DNA of 64,000 nucleotides from positions 3,209 through 67,208 of the forward strand of contig NZ_CADCVZ010000008.1 of NCBI RefSeq assembly GCF_902806265.1, written 5' to 3'. Below the pieces are notes generated by a model. That model saw nothing but the letters and a program-made list of their open reading frames with translations. It was not told the origin of the DNA and ran no database searches. Positions 47,454-57,368 of this stretch are shown here, one piece after another. Source of the DNA: an uncultured Sphingomonas sp. Its GTDB lineage: Bacteria; Pseudomonadota; Alphaproteobacteria; Sphingomonadales; Sphingomonadaceae. The translations under genes were made by a program, and so were the position numbers. Within the stretch, counting starts at the first letter, position 1. Each line of letters starts with the position of its first letter.

Positions 47454-47768
47454 GTGGCTTGGTTTTTCCTCATCCTGGGCGGCCTGTTCGAGGTCGGCTT
47501 CACCACCTCGCTGCGCTTCGCGGACGGCTTCCGCAACCTGCCGTGGACAGGCGCCTTTCTCGTCTCGGTCACCCTGTCGATGGTCTTGCTGGAATATGCC
47601 GCTCGGACGATCCCGATGGGCACTGCCTATGCGGTGTGGACCGGCATCGGTGCGGTCGGGACCGTGGTCGTCGGCATGGTCTTCTTCGGGGAGCCGGTGA
47701 CCACGGTGCGGACGCTGCTGATCCTGGGGATCGTCGCGGCGATCGCCGGGCTGAAGCTAACGGCGTAG
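47454..47768 (+). CDS. SMR family exporter, Gdx/SugE subtype
   Basis: 104 aa, 4 TM, membrane Glu13 (LFEVG), GTAYAVWTGIG. Confidence 0.88.
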   Translation: MAWFFLILGGLFEVGFTTSLRFADGFRNLPWTGAFLVSVTLSMVLLEYAARTIPMGTAYAVWTGIGAVGTVVVGMVFFGEPVTTVRTLLILGIVAAIAGLKLTA

Positions 47769-49313
47769 CGCCGGGGCCGCGAACGCACTCGTCTCGATCG
47801 ACGGCAGGAAGCGCGCGTTCGGCAGGGGGCCGCGCGCCTGTTCGTAGGCGTAGCCGAGGCTGAGTATATCGCCGTCCCGCCACTTGCCGCCGATAAAGCT
47901 GAGGCCCACGGGCAGCCCCTTCACCTGACCCATCGGCACGCTGAGGTGCGGATAGCCGGCGACCGCGGCCAGGCTGCCCGCGCCGCCGCCGCTGATCTGG
48001 TCGCCGTTCACCGCGTCGATCTTCCAGGCGGGCGGCATGGTTGGGCCGACCAGGGCGCTGAGTCGGTTGGCGCGAAGGAGACGGTCGATGCCGTTCGGAC
48101 CGGCCGCGGCGAAGCTCAGCTGGCGCGCGCGGCGGTAGGCGGGGTCGACGGTGCCCTTGGTCGCCTGCGACTGCACGAACAACTCCTGCCCGAACAGCGG
48201 CATCTCACGCGCGGCGTTGGCCTGGTTGAAGGCGATCAGCCCCTTGAGGTCGCGCGCGGGCAGCGGGGCCGGGCTGGACTTCAGATAGTCGTTCAGCCCG
48301 TCCTTGAACTCGGCCAGCAGCACCTTGAACTCGTTGCCGCCGATCGCGCTGTCGTCGAACTGCTTGATCTCTATGAGCGTTGCGCCCTGCGCCTTGAGCA
48401 CCGCCAGCGCGCGCTCGAACGGCTCGTCGGTGCCGAAGCCCGCGGCGAAGCGCATCACCCCGATGCGCTTGCCCTTGAGCGCATTTCGGTTGAGGCCGGC
48501 GGCGAAGTCGCGCTTGCGCTTGTCGGCCTCGGCGGTGGCCGGGTCGGAAGGGTCGCTACCGGTGATGGCCGAGAGCAGCAACGCCGCCTCGCGCACGGTC
48601 GGGGCCATCGGCCCGGCGGTGTCCTGGCTCTTGCTGATCGGGATGATGTGGGTGCGGCTGACCATGCCGACGGTGGGCTTGAAGCCCACGATGCCGTTGA
48701 TCGCGGCCGGGCAGGTCACCGACCCATCAGTCTCCGTGCCGATCGCCAGCCGGACCAGGCCCGCAGCGACCGCAGTGGCGCTGCCGCTGGAAGAGCCGCA
48801 CGGGTTGCGGTCGAGCGCATGAGGATTTCGCGTCTGCCCGCCCACCGCGCTCCAGCCCGAGATGGAGCTGGTGGAGCGGAAGTTGGCCCATTCGCTGAGG
48901 TTGGTCTTGCCGACGATCACCGTGCCCGCGTTGCGCAGCCGGGTGACCAGCGGCGCGTCGCGGCCGGTGACGTTGCCGAGGAGCGCCAGGCTGCCCGCCG
49001 TGGTCGGCAGCGGCCCCGCCATCTCGATGTTGTCCTTGATGAGCACCGGCTGGCCGGTCAGTGGTCCGCGGGGGCCGCCCATGTCCACCCGCGCCGCCTG
49101 GGACAGCGCGGTCGGATCGATCGCGATCACCGAGCCGACCCGGCCGTCGATCTGGCGGATTCGCTGCAGCGCCGCGAGGGTCTGGGTCTCGGCAAACCCG
49201 AGCGGGCGCGCCCCGACCGGCTGGGAGGGGCGAGCCACACCGCGCGGCTGGGCGAAAGCGGTGGAGGTGGCCGCAAGAACAAGGGCGGCGCTGGCGAGCA
49301 GGCGGACGGACAA
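47757..49313 (-). CDS. Secreted amidase-signature family amidase
   Basis: IKDNI, GKTNLSEWAN, GSSSGS, GTETDGS; signal peptide; TTG start uncertain. Confidence 0.92.
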   Translation of the reverse strand: MSVRLLASAALVLAATSTAFAQPRGVARPSQPVGARPLGFAETQTLAALQRIRQIDGRVGSVIAIDPTALSQAARVDMGGPRGPLTGQPVLIKDNIEMAGPLPTTAGSLALLGNVTGRDAPLVTRLRNAGTVIVGKTNLSEWANFRSTSSISGWSAVGGQTRNPHALDRNPCGSSSGSATAVAAGLVRLAIGTETDGSVTCPAAINGIVGFKPTVGMVSRTHIIPISKSQDTAGPMAPTVREAALLLSAITGSDPSDPATAEADKRKRDFAAGLNRNALKGKRIGVMRFAAGFGTDEPFERALAVLKAQGATLIEIKQFDDSAIGGNEFKVLLAEFKDGLNDYLKSSPAPLPARDLKGLIAFNQANAAREMPLFGQELFVQSQATKGTVDPAYRRARQLSFAAAGPNGIDRLLRANRLSALVGPTMPPAWKIDAVNGDQISGGGAGSLAAVAGYPHLSVPMGQVKGLPVGLSFIGGKWRDGDILSLGYAYEQARGPLPNARFLPSIETSAFAAPALRR

Positions 49314-49374
49314 GCGAAACTCCTTCGCGTTCAGACGCTTCGGCAGATCCTCATTGACCAGCTTCGCGCCGGGC

Positions 49375-49956
49375 TCAAGCCTCGATCGCGCGGCCTTCGC
49401 CGAGCGTCGCGTCCGGCGACTGGAAGGTAACGTCCTTCGCCCGCGCCAGGCCGTCGGTGATGACCTTCAACGCCTCGTCACGCCCGCCCCAGCGGCCGAC
49501 CCGGGTCCATTTCTCGGGCTCCAGATCCTTGTAGTGGGTGAAAAAGTGGCTGATCTGCTCCATCACGATCGGCGGCAGATGCTCACCCTCGCTGACATCC
49601 TGGTAGTAGGGCGAGGTCTTGATCTCCGGCACTGCCAGCAGCTTCTCGTCGCCGCCCGCTTCGTCCTCCAGGAACAGCACGGCGATCGGCCGCGCCCGCA
49701 CCACACAGCCGGGCATGAACGGCCAACGCGCCATCACCAGGCAGTCCAGGGGATCGCCGTCATCGCCCAGCGTATGCGGAATGAAGCCATAGTTCGCCGG
49801 ATAGCGCATCGAGGTGTGAAGGATGCGGTCGACGAAGATGGCGCCAGACGTCTTGTCCAGCTCATACTTGACCGGCTCGCCGCCGATCGGGACTTCGATG
49901 ACGACGTTGACACTTGTCGGCGGGTTGCTGCCCGCTGGTACGAGTTCGAGGTTCAC
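49375..49956 (-). CDS. ppa: Inorganic pyrophosphatase (family I)
   Basis: VKYE.DK, YPANYGFIP.TL.DDGDPLD, DEK, HFF..YKDLE; GTG start overlaps the upstream stop. Confidence 0.95.
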   Translation of the reverse strand: MNLELVPAGSNPPTSVNVVIEVPIGGEPVKYELDKTSGAIFVDRILHTSMRYPANYGFIPHTLGDDGDPLDCLVMARWPFMPGCVVRARPIAVLFLEDEAGGDEKLLAVPEIKTSPYYQDVSEGEHLPPIVMEQISHFFTHYKDLEPEKWTRVGRWGGRDEALKVITDGLARAKDVTFQSPDATLGEGRAIEA

Positions 49957-51869
49957 TTGGGCTCCAGAAGGATGTCGAGCGCGCCCCGCTTGGCGCCCAC
50001 TTTGGTGAAGCGCGGATAGCGCAGGCCCCCGTTCCAGGAAAGGGGCACCAGCCGCACTTCCTCGCCGCGCTTGGTGGTGAGCTGGAGGAGGGCCGAGCCG
50101 CCCTTGGCGGTGGTAATGCGCTCCTTGACCGCGGCTTCGTTGTAGGTGCGGCCGTCGACCGCCAGGATCGTTTCCCCGACCACCAGGCCCGCGCGGAAGG
50201 CCGGGCTGCCCCAGATCACCTGGGTGATCTTGCCGTCCTTGTCGATCGTCAGGCCGGCGGAGAAGCTGAGGTCGTTGGCCTTGCTGGCCTTCATGGACGC
50301 GGCCTGCGCAGCGTTGGGCGTTTCGGCGTAGTCCAGCCGGTAGCCCGAGCGGGTGAAGCCGCCGAGCGGCGCGCCGTCCCCGGTCTGGTTGACGCGCTGG
50401 TCGAGGAAGCTGCGCCAATCGTACTGGTAGACGCCGTTCAGCGTGCGCACCACGTCGTCTAAGGTGTAGGAGACCACGCCCCAATCGCCGGGGCGAATGC
50501 CGAAAAAGGCGCGGGCGAAATCGTCCATGCCGCGGCGGTTGCCGGTGCCCCCGCGGATGATCGCGTCGGCCTCCGTCCAGATCAGCAGGCCTTCGTTGTA
50601 ATAGTCTTCCGAGCGCTGCCAGCTGGTCCACGCCTTGGGACGGCGCGCGGAGATGATCGGGTCGTTGGTGGTGTCGACCAGCGGCCGCCACTGCCGTCCC
50701 GCCCGCACGTCCAGGGTCGCGGCGATCACCGCCAGCTTGCCCAGCACCTGTTCCTTGGTCGACATGCCCGAGCGCGCTTCGAGCACATGGCCCCAGAACT
50801 GCGTCTGCCCCTCGTACAGCCACAACAGGCTGTTGCGCATGGGCGTGCGGAAGTCGGGGGTGAACAGATCGGCGGGGCGGCGGAACTTGCCGTTCCAGCT
50901 ATGCACGAATTCGTGCGGCAGCAGATTGTGGTCGGGCAGGCTCGCCTGCCAGTCGGTGAAATAGCCGGGGTCGTTCTGGTTCTCGGAGGAGCGGTGATGC
51001 TCCAGGCCGATGCCGCCGAGCCGGCCGGTGATGGCATGGAGGAAGTCGTAATGGTCGTAATGGCGGGCGCCGAACAGCCGCAGCGACTGGGTGACGAGGT
51101 TGCGGTGCTTCTGCAGCACGTCCGCAGGAACCGCCAGCTCGCTCGGGTGGTCGGCGACGGTGTTGAGGGTGACCCCCTGGCCGAGGTCGTCGGCGCGGAA
51201 GTAGCGGCCAGCGAAGACGGGCGAGTCCTGCAGCACCTCGTAGTTGACGGTGCCGTAAGTGACGCGATTGCCCGCCTGGACCGATGGGCGAAGCGCGGTC
51301 GCGGCGCGCCAGCCAGCCGGGTAGGCGACGGTGGCGGTCACCGGGATGCGGCGGGTGTAGTAGCCCGCGGGATAGAGCGACACGTCTTCCCATTGGAGGT
51401 TGAGCATCTCGCGGGTGACCAGCACCCGGCCCTGGTCCGGGCTGGTTGGGGTCAGGAGCTGAAAGCTGGCCTGTACCTCTTGGACGCCGGCGGGCACGTC
51501 GAGGTGGAAGGCGTACACGTCGGCGGGATCGCGGGTCCAGGGCAGCACCTGGTCGCCGGCGCGGAAGGTCAGCCCGGACAGCTTGTCGAGCTCGCCGCGG
51601 GGCGCGTGGTTGCCGGGCAGCCACTGCGGGTAGAGCAGGGTCATGCGGCCGGGCTGCACGACGGGGATCGTCTGGCGGATGGTCCAAATGCCCTGGCGGG
51701 TGTCGGTCGCGTCCACCTCCAGCCGCACCGTGCCGGGATACGGGATGTCGCGGGCGGCCGGTATGAGGTCGGTAACCGGCAGCGGCTGCGGGGCGGAGTT
51801 GCCGGTGGGGACCTGAGCGGAGGCGGCGGTGGCGGCAAGTAGGGCCGCGACGACAGGCAGAAAGCGCAT
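49953..51869 (-). CDS. M61 family glycyl aminopeptidase with C-terminal PDZ
   Basis: Signal peptide, GLEH..S, HEFVHSWN (HEXXH), LW.YEG.T.YW-like segment, PDZ-like end. Confidence 0.92.
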   Translation of the reverse strand: MRFLPVVAALLAATAASAQVPTGNSAPQPLPVTDLIPAARDIPYPGTVRLEVDATDTRQGIWTIRQTIPVVQPGRMTLLYPQWLPGNHAPRGELDKLSGLTFRAGDQVLPWTRDPADVYAFHLDVPAGVQEVQASFQLLTPTSPDQGRVLVTREMLNLQWEDVSLYPAGYYTRRIPVTATVAYPAGWRAATALRPSVQAGNRVTYGTVNYEVLQDSPVFAGRYFRADDLGQGVTLNTVADHPSELAVPADVLQKHRNLVTQSLRLFGARHYDHYDFLHAITGRLGGIGLEHHRSSENQNDPGYFTDWQASLPDHNLLPHEFVHSWNGKFRRPADLFTPDFRTPMRNSLLWLYEGQTQFWGHVLEARSGMSTKEQVLGKLAVIAATLDVRAGRQWRPLVDTTNDPIISARRPKAWTSWQRSEDYYNEGLLIWTEADAIIRGGTGNRRGMDDFARAFFGIRPGDWGVVSYTLDDVVRTLNGVYQYDWRSFLDQRVNQTGDGAPLGGFTRSGYRLDYAETPNAAQAASMKASKANDLSFSAGLTIDKDGKITQVIWGSPAFRAGLVVGETILAVDGRTYNEAAVKERITTAKGGSALLQLTTKRGEEVRLVPLSWNGGLRYPRFTKVGAKRGALDILLEPK

Positions 51870-51923
51870 GAGGTGGGTGCCTAGCCTTTGCGTGGGCGAG
51901 CGGCTAGGGGCGCCGCGTTGCCC

Positions 51924-53171
51924 ATGGCCAAAATCCAACCACCCCAGCCGGTTCGCGGCACCCAGAGCATGCTTGGCGAGGAGGCCGACCGCTTCCACGC
52001 GGTGGTCGCGGCGTTCGACCGGGTGCGGCGGCTGTTCGGGTTCAAGCGGGTCGAGGTGCCGGTGCTGGAGCAGACGGCGGTGTTCGCGCGCTCGCTGGGC
52101 GAGACCACCGACGTCGTCTCCAAGGAGATGTACAGCTTCAAGGACCGTTCGGGCGACAGCGTTACCATGCGGCCCGAGTTCACCGCGGGCATCGCGCGGG
52201 CCTATCTGTCCGAAGGCTGGCAGCAGTTCGCGCCATTGAAGGTCGCGACGCACGGGCCGGCCTTCCGCTATGAGCGGCCGCAGAAGGGGCGCTTCCGCCA
52301 GTTCCACCAGCTCGACGCCGAGATCCTGGGCGCAGCCGAGCCGCAGGCCGACGTGGAAGTGCTGCTGTTCGCCGACCAGCTGCTCAAGGAGCTGGGTCTG
52401 GGCGAGACTGCGGTGCTGAAGCTCAACACGCTGGGCGATCCGGAGACCCGCCGGGCATGGCGCGACGCGCTTCACGAGCATTTCCAGGGGCACCGCGATG
52501 CGTTGAGCGAAGAAAGCCGCGAGCGGCTGGAGCGCAACCCGGTGCGCATCCTCGACAGCAAGGTGCATGGCGATTGGCCGGTCATCGACAGCGCGCCGGT
52601 CATCGACGACTTCCTCACGAGCGAGGCGGGCGAGTTCTTCGGGGCGGTCACCGCCGGGCTCGACTCCGCGGCCGTCCGCTGGGAACGGGCGCCGCGGCTG
52701 GTGCGCGGGCTCGATTACTACCGCCACACCGCCTTTGAGTTCATGACCGACACGCTGGGCGCGCAGGGCACGGTGCTCGCGGGCGGGCGGTACGACGGGC
52801 TGGTCGAGGCGCTGGGCGGACCGCATACGCCGGCGATCGGCTGGGCGGCGGGGATTGAGCGACTGAGCATGATGATTGCGGCGCCCGAGCCCGAGCGGCC
52901 CGAAGCGGTGCTCGTGCCCCTGGGCGAGCGGGCCCAAGCGGCGGCCGTTCGCCTGCTGGCCGATCTTCGCTTGCGGGGTATCGCCATCGACATGGCGTAT
53001 CGCGGCAACATGAAGAAGCGGATGCAGCGGGCCGCGGCAACCGGCGCCGGCTTCGCGCTGATCATCGGCGAGGACGAACTTGAGGCCGAGGCGGCGCAGG
53101 TCAAGGACCTGAAGACAGGCGAGCAGCGGGCAGTGGCCTTTGCGCTGCTGGAAGCGTCCATCCGGGCATGA
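51924..53171 (+). CDS. hisS: Histidine--tRNA ligase
   Basis: [39 protein letters not shown]. Confidence 0.98.
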   Translation: MAKIQPPQPVRGTQSMLGEEADRFHAVVAAFDRVRRLFGFKRVEVPVLEQTAVFARSLGETTDVVSKEMYSFKDRSGDSVTMRPEFTAGIARAYLSEGWQQFAPLKVATHGPAFRYERPQKGRFRQFHQLDAEILGAAEPQADVEVLLFADQLLKELGLGETAVLKLNTLGDPETRRAWRDALHEHFQGHRDALSEESRERLERNPVRILDSKVHGDWPVIDSAPVIDDFLTSEAGEFFGAVTAGLDSAAVRWERAPRLVRGLDYYRHTAFEFMTDTLGAQGTVLAGGRYDGLVEALGGPHTPAIGWAAGIERLSMMIAAPEPERPEAVLVPLGERAQAAAVRLLADLRLRGIAIDMAYRGNMKKRMQRAAATGAGFALIIGEDELEAEAAQVKDLKTGEQRAVAFALLEASIRA

Positions 53172-54247
53172 ACGGCATTTCCTCGGCGCGGATCGTCCAG
53201 ATCGAGGCGAAAAAGGCGGAGCTCGCCGAGGCGCTGGCGGCGGGCGACCTGCCGCCGGACGAGTTCGTGCGCCTGTCCAAGGAATATGCGCAGATCGAGC
53301 CGGTCGCAGCGGCGGCCCGCGAGGTGCGCCGCCTGCGGGCGGAGCGCGAGAGCCTGACCGCCATGACCCGCGACGGCGACGAAGAGCTCCGGGCGATGGC
53401 GACCGAGGAGCTCGGACAGATCGAGGAGCAGCTGCCGCGAGCCGAGCGAGCCCTCGCCCTTCAGCTGCTCCCGCGCGACGCCGCGGACGAGCGCGCGGCC
53501 ATGTTGGAAGTGCGCGCGGGGACTGGCGGCGACGAGGCGGCGCTGTTCGCGGGCGACCTCCTGCGCATGTACCAGCGCTTCGCCGAGGAGCAGGGCTGGC
53601 GCTTCGAGCTGATCTCCGCCAGCTCGGCCGATGTGGGCGGCTACAAGGAGGCGGTGGCCTCGATCAGCGGCGCGGGCGTGTTCGCGCGGCTGAAGTTCGA
53701 GAGCGGCGTGCACCGCGTCCAGCGCGTTCCCGCGACGGAAAGCGGCGGGCGCATCCATACCTCGGCGGCAACCGTCGCGGTGCTGCCGGAGGCGGAGGAC
53801 GTCGACGTGCAGATCGACGACAAGGACCTGCGCATCGACGTGTACCGCTCGTCGGGACCGGGCGGCCAGTCCGTGAACACCACCGACAGTGCCGTCCGCA
53901 TTACCCACCTGCCGACCGGCCTGGTGGTCATCCAGCAGGACGAGAAGAGCCAGCACAAGAACAAGGCCAAGGCGCTGAAGGTGCTGCGCACGCGGCTGTT
54001 CGAGCTGGAGCGCGAGCGGCTGGCCAGCGAGCGGGCGGGCGCGCGCAAGTCGATGGTCGGCTCCGGCGACCGGTCCGAACGCATCCGCACCTACAATTTC
54101 CCGCAGGGGCGGGTCACCGACCACCGGATCAACCTGACCCTGCACAAGCTGCCCGAGATACTAGAAGGTCCGGGTCTCCGCGAACTCACGGAAGCGCTAA
54201 CTGCGGAAGACGAAGCGCAGCGGCTCGCGGGGCTGGAAGAGGCGTGA
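53168..54247 (+). CDS. prfA: Peptide chain release factor 1
   Basis: [18 protein letters not shown] (PxT), GPGGQ, RTYNFPQ. Confidence 0.98.
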   Translation: MNGISSARIVQIEAKKAELAEALAAGDLPPDEFVRLSKEYAQIEPVAAAAREVRRLRAERESLTAMTRDGDEELRAMATEELGQIEEQLPRAERALALQLLPRDAADERAAMLEVRAGTGGDEAALFAGDLLRMYQRFAEEQGWRFELISASSADVGGYKEAVASISGAGVFARLKFESGVHRVQRVPATESGGRIHTSAATVAVLPEAEDVDVQIDDKDLRIDVYRSSGPGGQSVNTTDSAVRITHLPTGLVVIQQDEKSQHKNKAKALKVLRTRLFELERERLASERAGARKSMVGSGDRSERIRTYNFPQGRVTDHRINLTLHKLPEILEGPGLRELTEALTAEDEAQRLAGLEEA

Positions 54248-55077
54248 AGCCGGTCGAGCGCGCGCTGGCGGAAGCGGCGCGGGCGTTGGCCGAGGTCAGC
54301 GACACGCCGCGGCTGGATGCCGAGCTGCTCATGGCTCGCGCGCTTGGGATAGAACGCGAGCAACTGCTGCTATGGCCGCCTGCTGATGAAGTGCCGGCCG
54401 CCTTCCAGGACTCCGTCGAGCGCCGCCGCTCGGGTGAACCGGTCGCCTACATCGTCGGCCGCCGAGGCTTCTGGAACATCGAGCTGGAGGTGGGTCCCGG
54501 CGTGCTGATCCCTCGCCCGGACAGCGAGACCTTGATCGCCGCCGCAGTGCGGCACTTCGCGGGGAGCGGCGGGCCGCGGCGCGTCCTGGATCTCGGCACC
54601 GGACCGGGTACGCTGCTGCTCGCCGCGCTCGATCAATGGGCCGGCGCGACCGGACTCGGGATCGACAGCAGCGAACGGGCGCTCGGCTATGCCCGGGCGA
54701 ATGCCGCGCGATTGGGCTTGGCTGGGCGCGCCGACTTCCGGCTGGGCGATTGGGCCGGGGGCATCGACGAGCGCTTCGACCTGCTACTGTGCAATCCGCC
54801 CTACGTGGCGACGCACGCGGCGCTTGGGCTTGGCGTTGCCGAGCATGAGCCCGCCGGCGCGCTGTTCGCCGGTGGCGACGGCCTGGACGAGTATCGCCGT
54901 CTTGCGCCGGCGATCGGGAGGCTGATCGCCCCGACCGGGCTGGCGGCGGTGGAGATCGGCGCCGACCAGGGCGAAACTGCCGCTGCATTGTTCGCGGCTC
55001 ACGGTCTCCAACCTGTCCTAGAACGGGACTTGGGCGGCCGGCCCCGAGCGCTCCTGATCCAGGTCAAGCAATATTAG
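54244..55077 (+). CDS. prmC: Release factor glutamine methyltransferase
   Basis: [28 protein letters not shown]; GTG overlaps the prfA stop. Confidence 0.95.
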   Translation: MKPVERALAEAARALAEVSDTPRLDAELLMARALGIEREQLLLWPPADEVPAAFQDSVERRRSGEPVAYIVGRRGFWNIELEVGPGVLIPRPDSETLIAAAVRHFAGSGGPRRVLDLGTGPGTLLLAALDQWAGATGLGIDSSERALGYARANAARLGLAGRADFRLGDWAGGIDERFDLLLCNPPYVATHAALGLGVAEHEPAGALFAGGDGLDEYRRLAPAIGRLIAPTGLAAVEIGADQGETAAALFAAHGLQPVLERDLGGRPRALLIQVKQY

Positions 55078-55327
55078 CTTGGAAAGCCGTGCGATCCGCA
55101 TTACATCGTCAGTCAGCAACGGGGCCGCCTCACGCACTACAAGGCCTGACGCCACCCGCGGCTACCCCCGACGAAATCGGTCGTGGCAGCGCCGCTCAAG
55201 CGCTCCGACAGAACGACTTTGGGGCAACACGGCGCTTTCCGGCACCGTGCTGCCGCTGCGCGCCGGGGCAGGGTTGTCCCGCGCTGTGGAGAAAGCAAGC
55301 GCCAGTGCGACAAGGAATAAGCATTTG

Positions 55328-56056
55328 ATGAACAATCGCCAGCAGGGTGGCCGCCGTCGCGGTCGCGGTGGGCAGCGTCCGCCGGGCGCTCCGGGGAACG
55401 GGGGGAACGGTCGCGACACTCGGCAGCGGGGCAATGCCGCCCAGCTGCTGGAGAAGTACAAGAGCCTGGCGCGCGACGCCCAGCTCGCCGGCGACCGGGT
55501 GCAGACTGAATACTACCTGCAATTCGCCGACCATTATTTCCGCGTGCTTGGCGAAACCCGCTCCCGCTTCGAGGAGCAGCGGCGCGGCCGCGACGACTAC
55601 GACGACGAGGAAGATTACGACGACGAGGCGATGGAGGCCGACGGTGACGACCGCCAGGAGCCGCAGCGTCCGCCGCAGCGCGACGTACAGCCGCCGCGAA
55701 GCGGACGCAGCGATGGCGATGGTGACGGTCAACCGCGGAGCCGCCGCAACGAAGGCGACGGCGATGGCCGCCCCGAGCGGTTCGCACGCGAGGACCGCGG
55801 CGAACGGCGTGGGCGCCGGGACCGCTTCAACGGCGAGCGTTACAACGGCGGGAACGGGAACGACTCCGAACCGTCGGAGGCTGAAGAAGCGGAACCGCGG
55901 CTCGTAGCCGACATCCTGCCGCCTGCCATCGGCGTGGCCGCGGACCCGGCGGAAACGATCGATACTGCCGAGCAGGAGGAAGCTCCCCGCCCGCGCCGCC
56001 GGACCCGGCGCCCGCGGGTGGCCGAAGGCGGCGACGAGATCGCGCCGGCTGCCTGA
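55328..56056 (+). CDS. DUF4167 domain protein with long charged disordered tail
   Basis: RGNA.QL.EKY..LARDA...GDRV..EYYLQFADHYFRV. Confidence 0.88.
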   Translation: MNNRQQGGRRRGRGGQRPPGAPGNGGNGRDTRQRGNAAQLLEKYKSLARDAQLAGDRVQTEYYLQFADHYFRVLGETRSRFEEQRRGRDDYDDEEDYDDEAMEADGDDRQEPQRPPQRDVQPPRSGRSDGDGDGQPRSRRNEGDGDGRPERFAREDRGERRGRRDRFNGERYNGGNGNDSEPSEAEEAEPRLVADILPPAIGVAADPAETIDTAEQEEAPRPRRRTRRPRVAEGGDEIAPAA

Positions 56057-56077
56057 AGCGGGGGTACATGCGGTAAG

Positions 56078-56115
56078 CAGAGGGCGGCGGGTGCGAACTC
56101 GCCGCCCTTTCTGTT
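56078..56115 (+). terminator. Rho-independent terminator
   Basis: agggcggcggg-tgcgaa-ctcgccgccct followed by ttctgtt. Confidence 0.75.
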
Positions 56116-56140
56116 GGGTACCGGCAGCGGCCTCGGGGCG

Positions 56141-56169
56141 CTGTCACAAAACGGAAAGAAGGCCGTAAC
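56141..56169 (+). promoter_or_regulatory. Degenerate Pho box
   Basis: CTGTCAC-AAAA, CGGAAAG-AAGG, CCGTAAC at 11-bp phasing upstream of pstS; the middle unit is a poor match. Confidence 0.35.
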
Positions 56170-56239
56170 CGACGCGACGCGGCCTCGTCCTACCCACCCC
56201 TTGTCGGCGGCCGCAGAGAGTCGCCCGAGGGGACACCAG

Positions 56240-57277
56240 ATGACCACCAAGAGTTTCGCGCTCACCGCCACCGCGGTGCTGACGCTGGCCATTCCTTCCA
56301 TGGCGGATGCACGCACCCAGATGAGGGCGGTGGGCTCGTCCACCGTTTATCCGTTCTCCAAGGCCGTGGCCGAGCGGGTCGCCCGCGCCAACCCGCGGCT
56401 GGGCACACCGATCATCGAGTCGACCGGCACCGGTGCGGGCATGAAGCTGTTCTGCGCTGGGGTGGGCGCGCGTTTTCCCGACGTGGTCAATGCCTCGCGG
56501 CGGATGAAGGCTTCGGAAGCCAAGCTATGCGCCAGCAACGGCGTCAGCCGGGTCACCGAAGTGCAAGTCGGGCTAGACGGCATCGCCATCGCGACCGCGC
56601 GCGCCACGCCGCTTGCCAACCTGACCCAGCGCGAGATCTACCTAGCGATCGCCAAGACGCCGTTTGGCAAGCCCAATCGGGCGCGCACCTGGAAGGACGT
56701 CAACGGGCGGCTGCCCGCCATTCCGATCCGGGTCATGGGCCCGCCGTCCACCAGCGGCACCCGCGATGCGCTGGGCGAGCTGATCATGACGCCGCCGTGC
56801 GAGGCCAATGCCGGCATGGCCGCGATGAAAAAGGCGAACGAAGCCAAGTTCAAGGCGATCTGCACCGCTGTCCGCACCGACGGCGGCTACATCGAGGCGG
56901 GCGAGAACGACAACCTCATCGTCCAGAAGCTCGCGGCGAACCCGGGCTCGGTCGGCGTGTTCGGCTACAGCTTCCTCGAGGAGAACGCCTCCAAGGTGAA
57001 GGGCATCGCCATTAACGGCGTGCAGCCGAGCTACGCTACCATCAGCAGCTTCCGCTACCCGGGCGCCCGGCCGCTCTACGTGTACGTCAAGAACGCGCAC
57101 GCCGCGGCCATTCCGATGGTGCGCGCCTTTGTCGCCGAGTTCACCAAGGAAAGCGCGATGGGGCCGCGCGGCTACCTGCTCTCCATGGGAATGGTCGCAG
57201 CGCCTACCCACGTGCGCGCCCGCTCGCAGCAGGCCGCCCGGAATCTGGCGCCGCTGAACTTGGCTGCGCTCAAGTAG
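56240..57277 (+). CDS. pstS: Phosphate ABC transporter substrate-binding protein
   Basis: VGSSTVYP, STGTGAG, ASRRMK, SGT.D, FGYSF, RPLYVYVK. Confidence 0.9.
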   Translation: MTTKSFALTATAVLTLAIPSMADARTQMRAVGSSTVYPFSKAVAERVARANPRLGTPIIESTGTGAGMKLFCAGVGARFPDVVNASRRMKASEAKLCASNGVSRVTEVQVGLDGIAIATARATPLANLTQREIYLAIAKTPFGKPNRARTWKDVNGRLPAIPIRVMGPPSTSGTRDALGELIMTPPCEANAGMAAMKKANEAKFKAICTAVRTDGGYIEAGENDNLIVQKLAANPGSVGVFGYSFLEENASKVKGIAINGVQPSYATISSFRYPGARPLYVYVKNAHAAAIPMVRAFVAEFTKESAMGPRGYLLSMGMVAAPTHVRARSQQAARNLAPLNLAALK

Positions 57278-57368
57278 CGGCAACAAGCAGGATCAAAGCT
57301 CGCGCGCCTTCTTAACGGGAGGCGCGCACGCCCTCAAAGGGGGGCACCGGGGGACAAGGGAACGATAC

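Noticed and set aside
46476-47454. Guanidine riboswitch for the Gdx/SugE-type gene
   Set aside because: Only 9 nt separate it from the DMT gene. The two ACGG tetramers near 46488-46501 lack closing stems, so they are not guanidine-II hairpins.
49953-52937. 994-aa ORF, and similarly extended 49375-50823, 53140-55077, 41426-42391, 7680-8342 and 8862-10298
   Set aside because: The N-terminal extensions are off-frame or antisense read-through of neighbouring genes; the real starts are internal.
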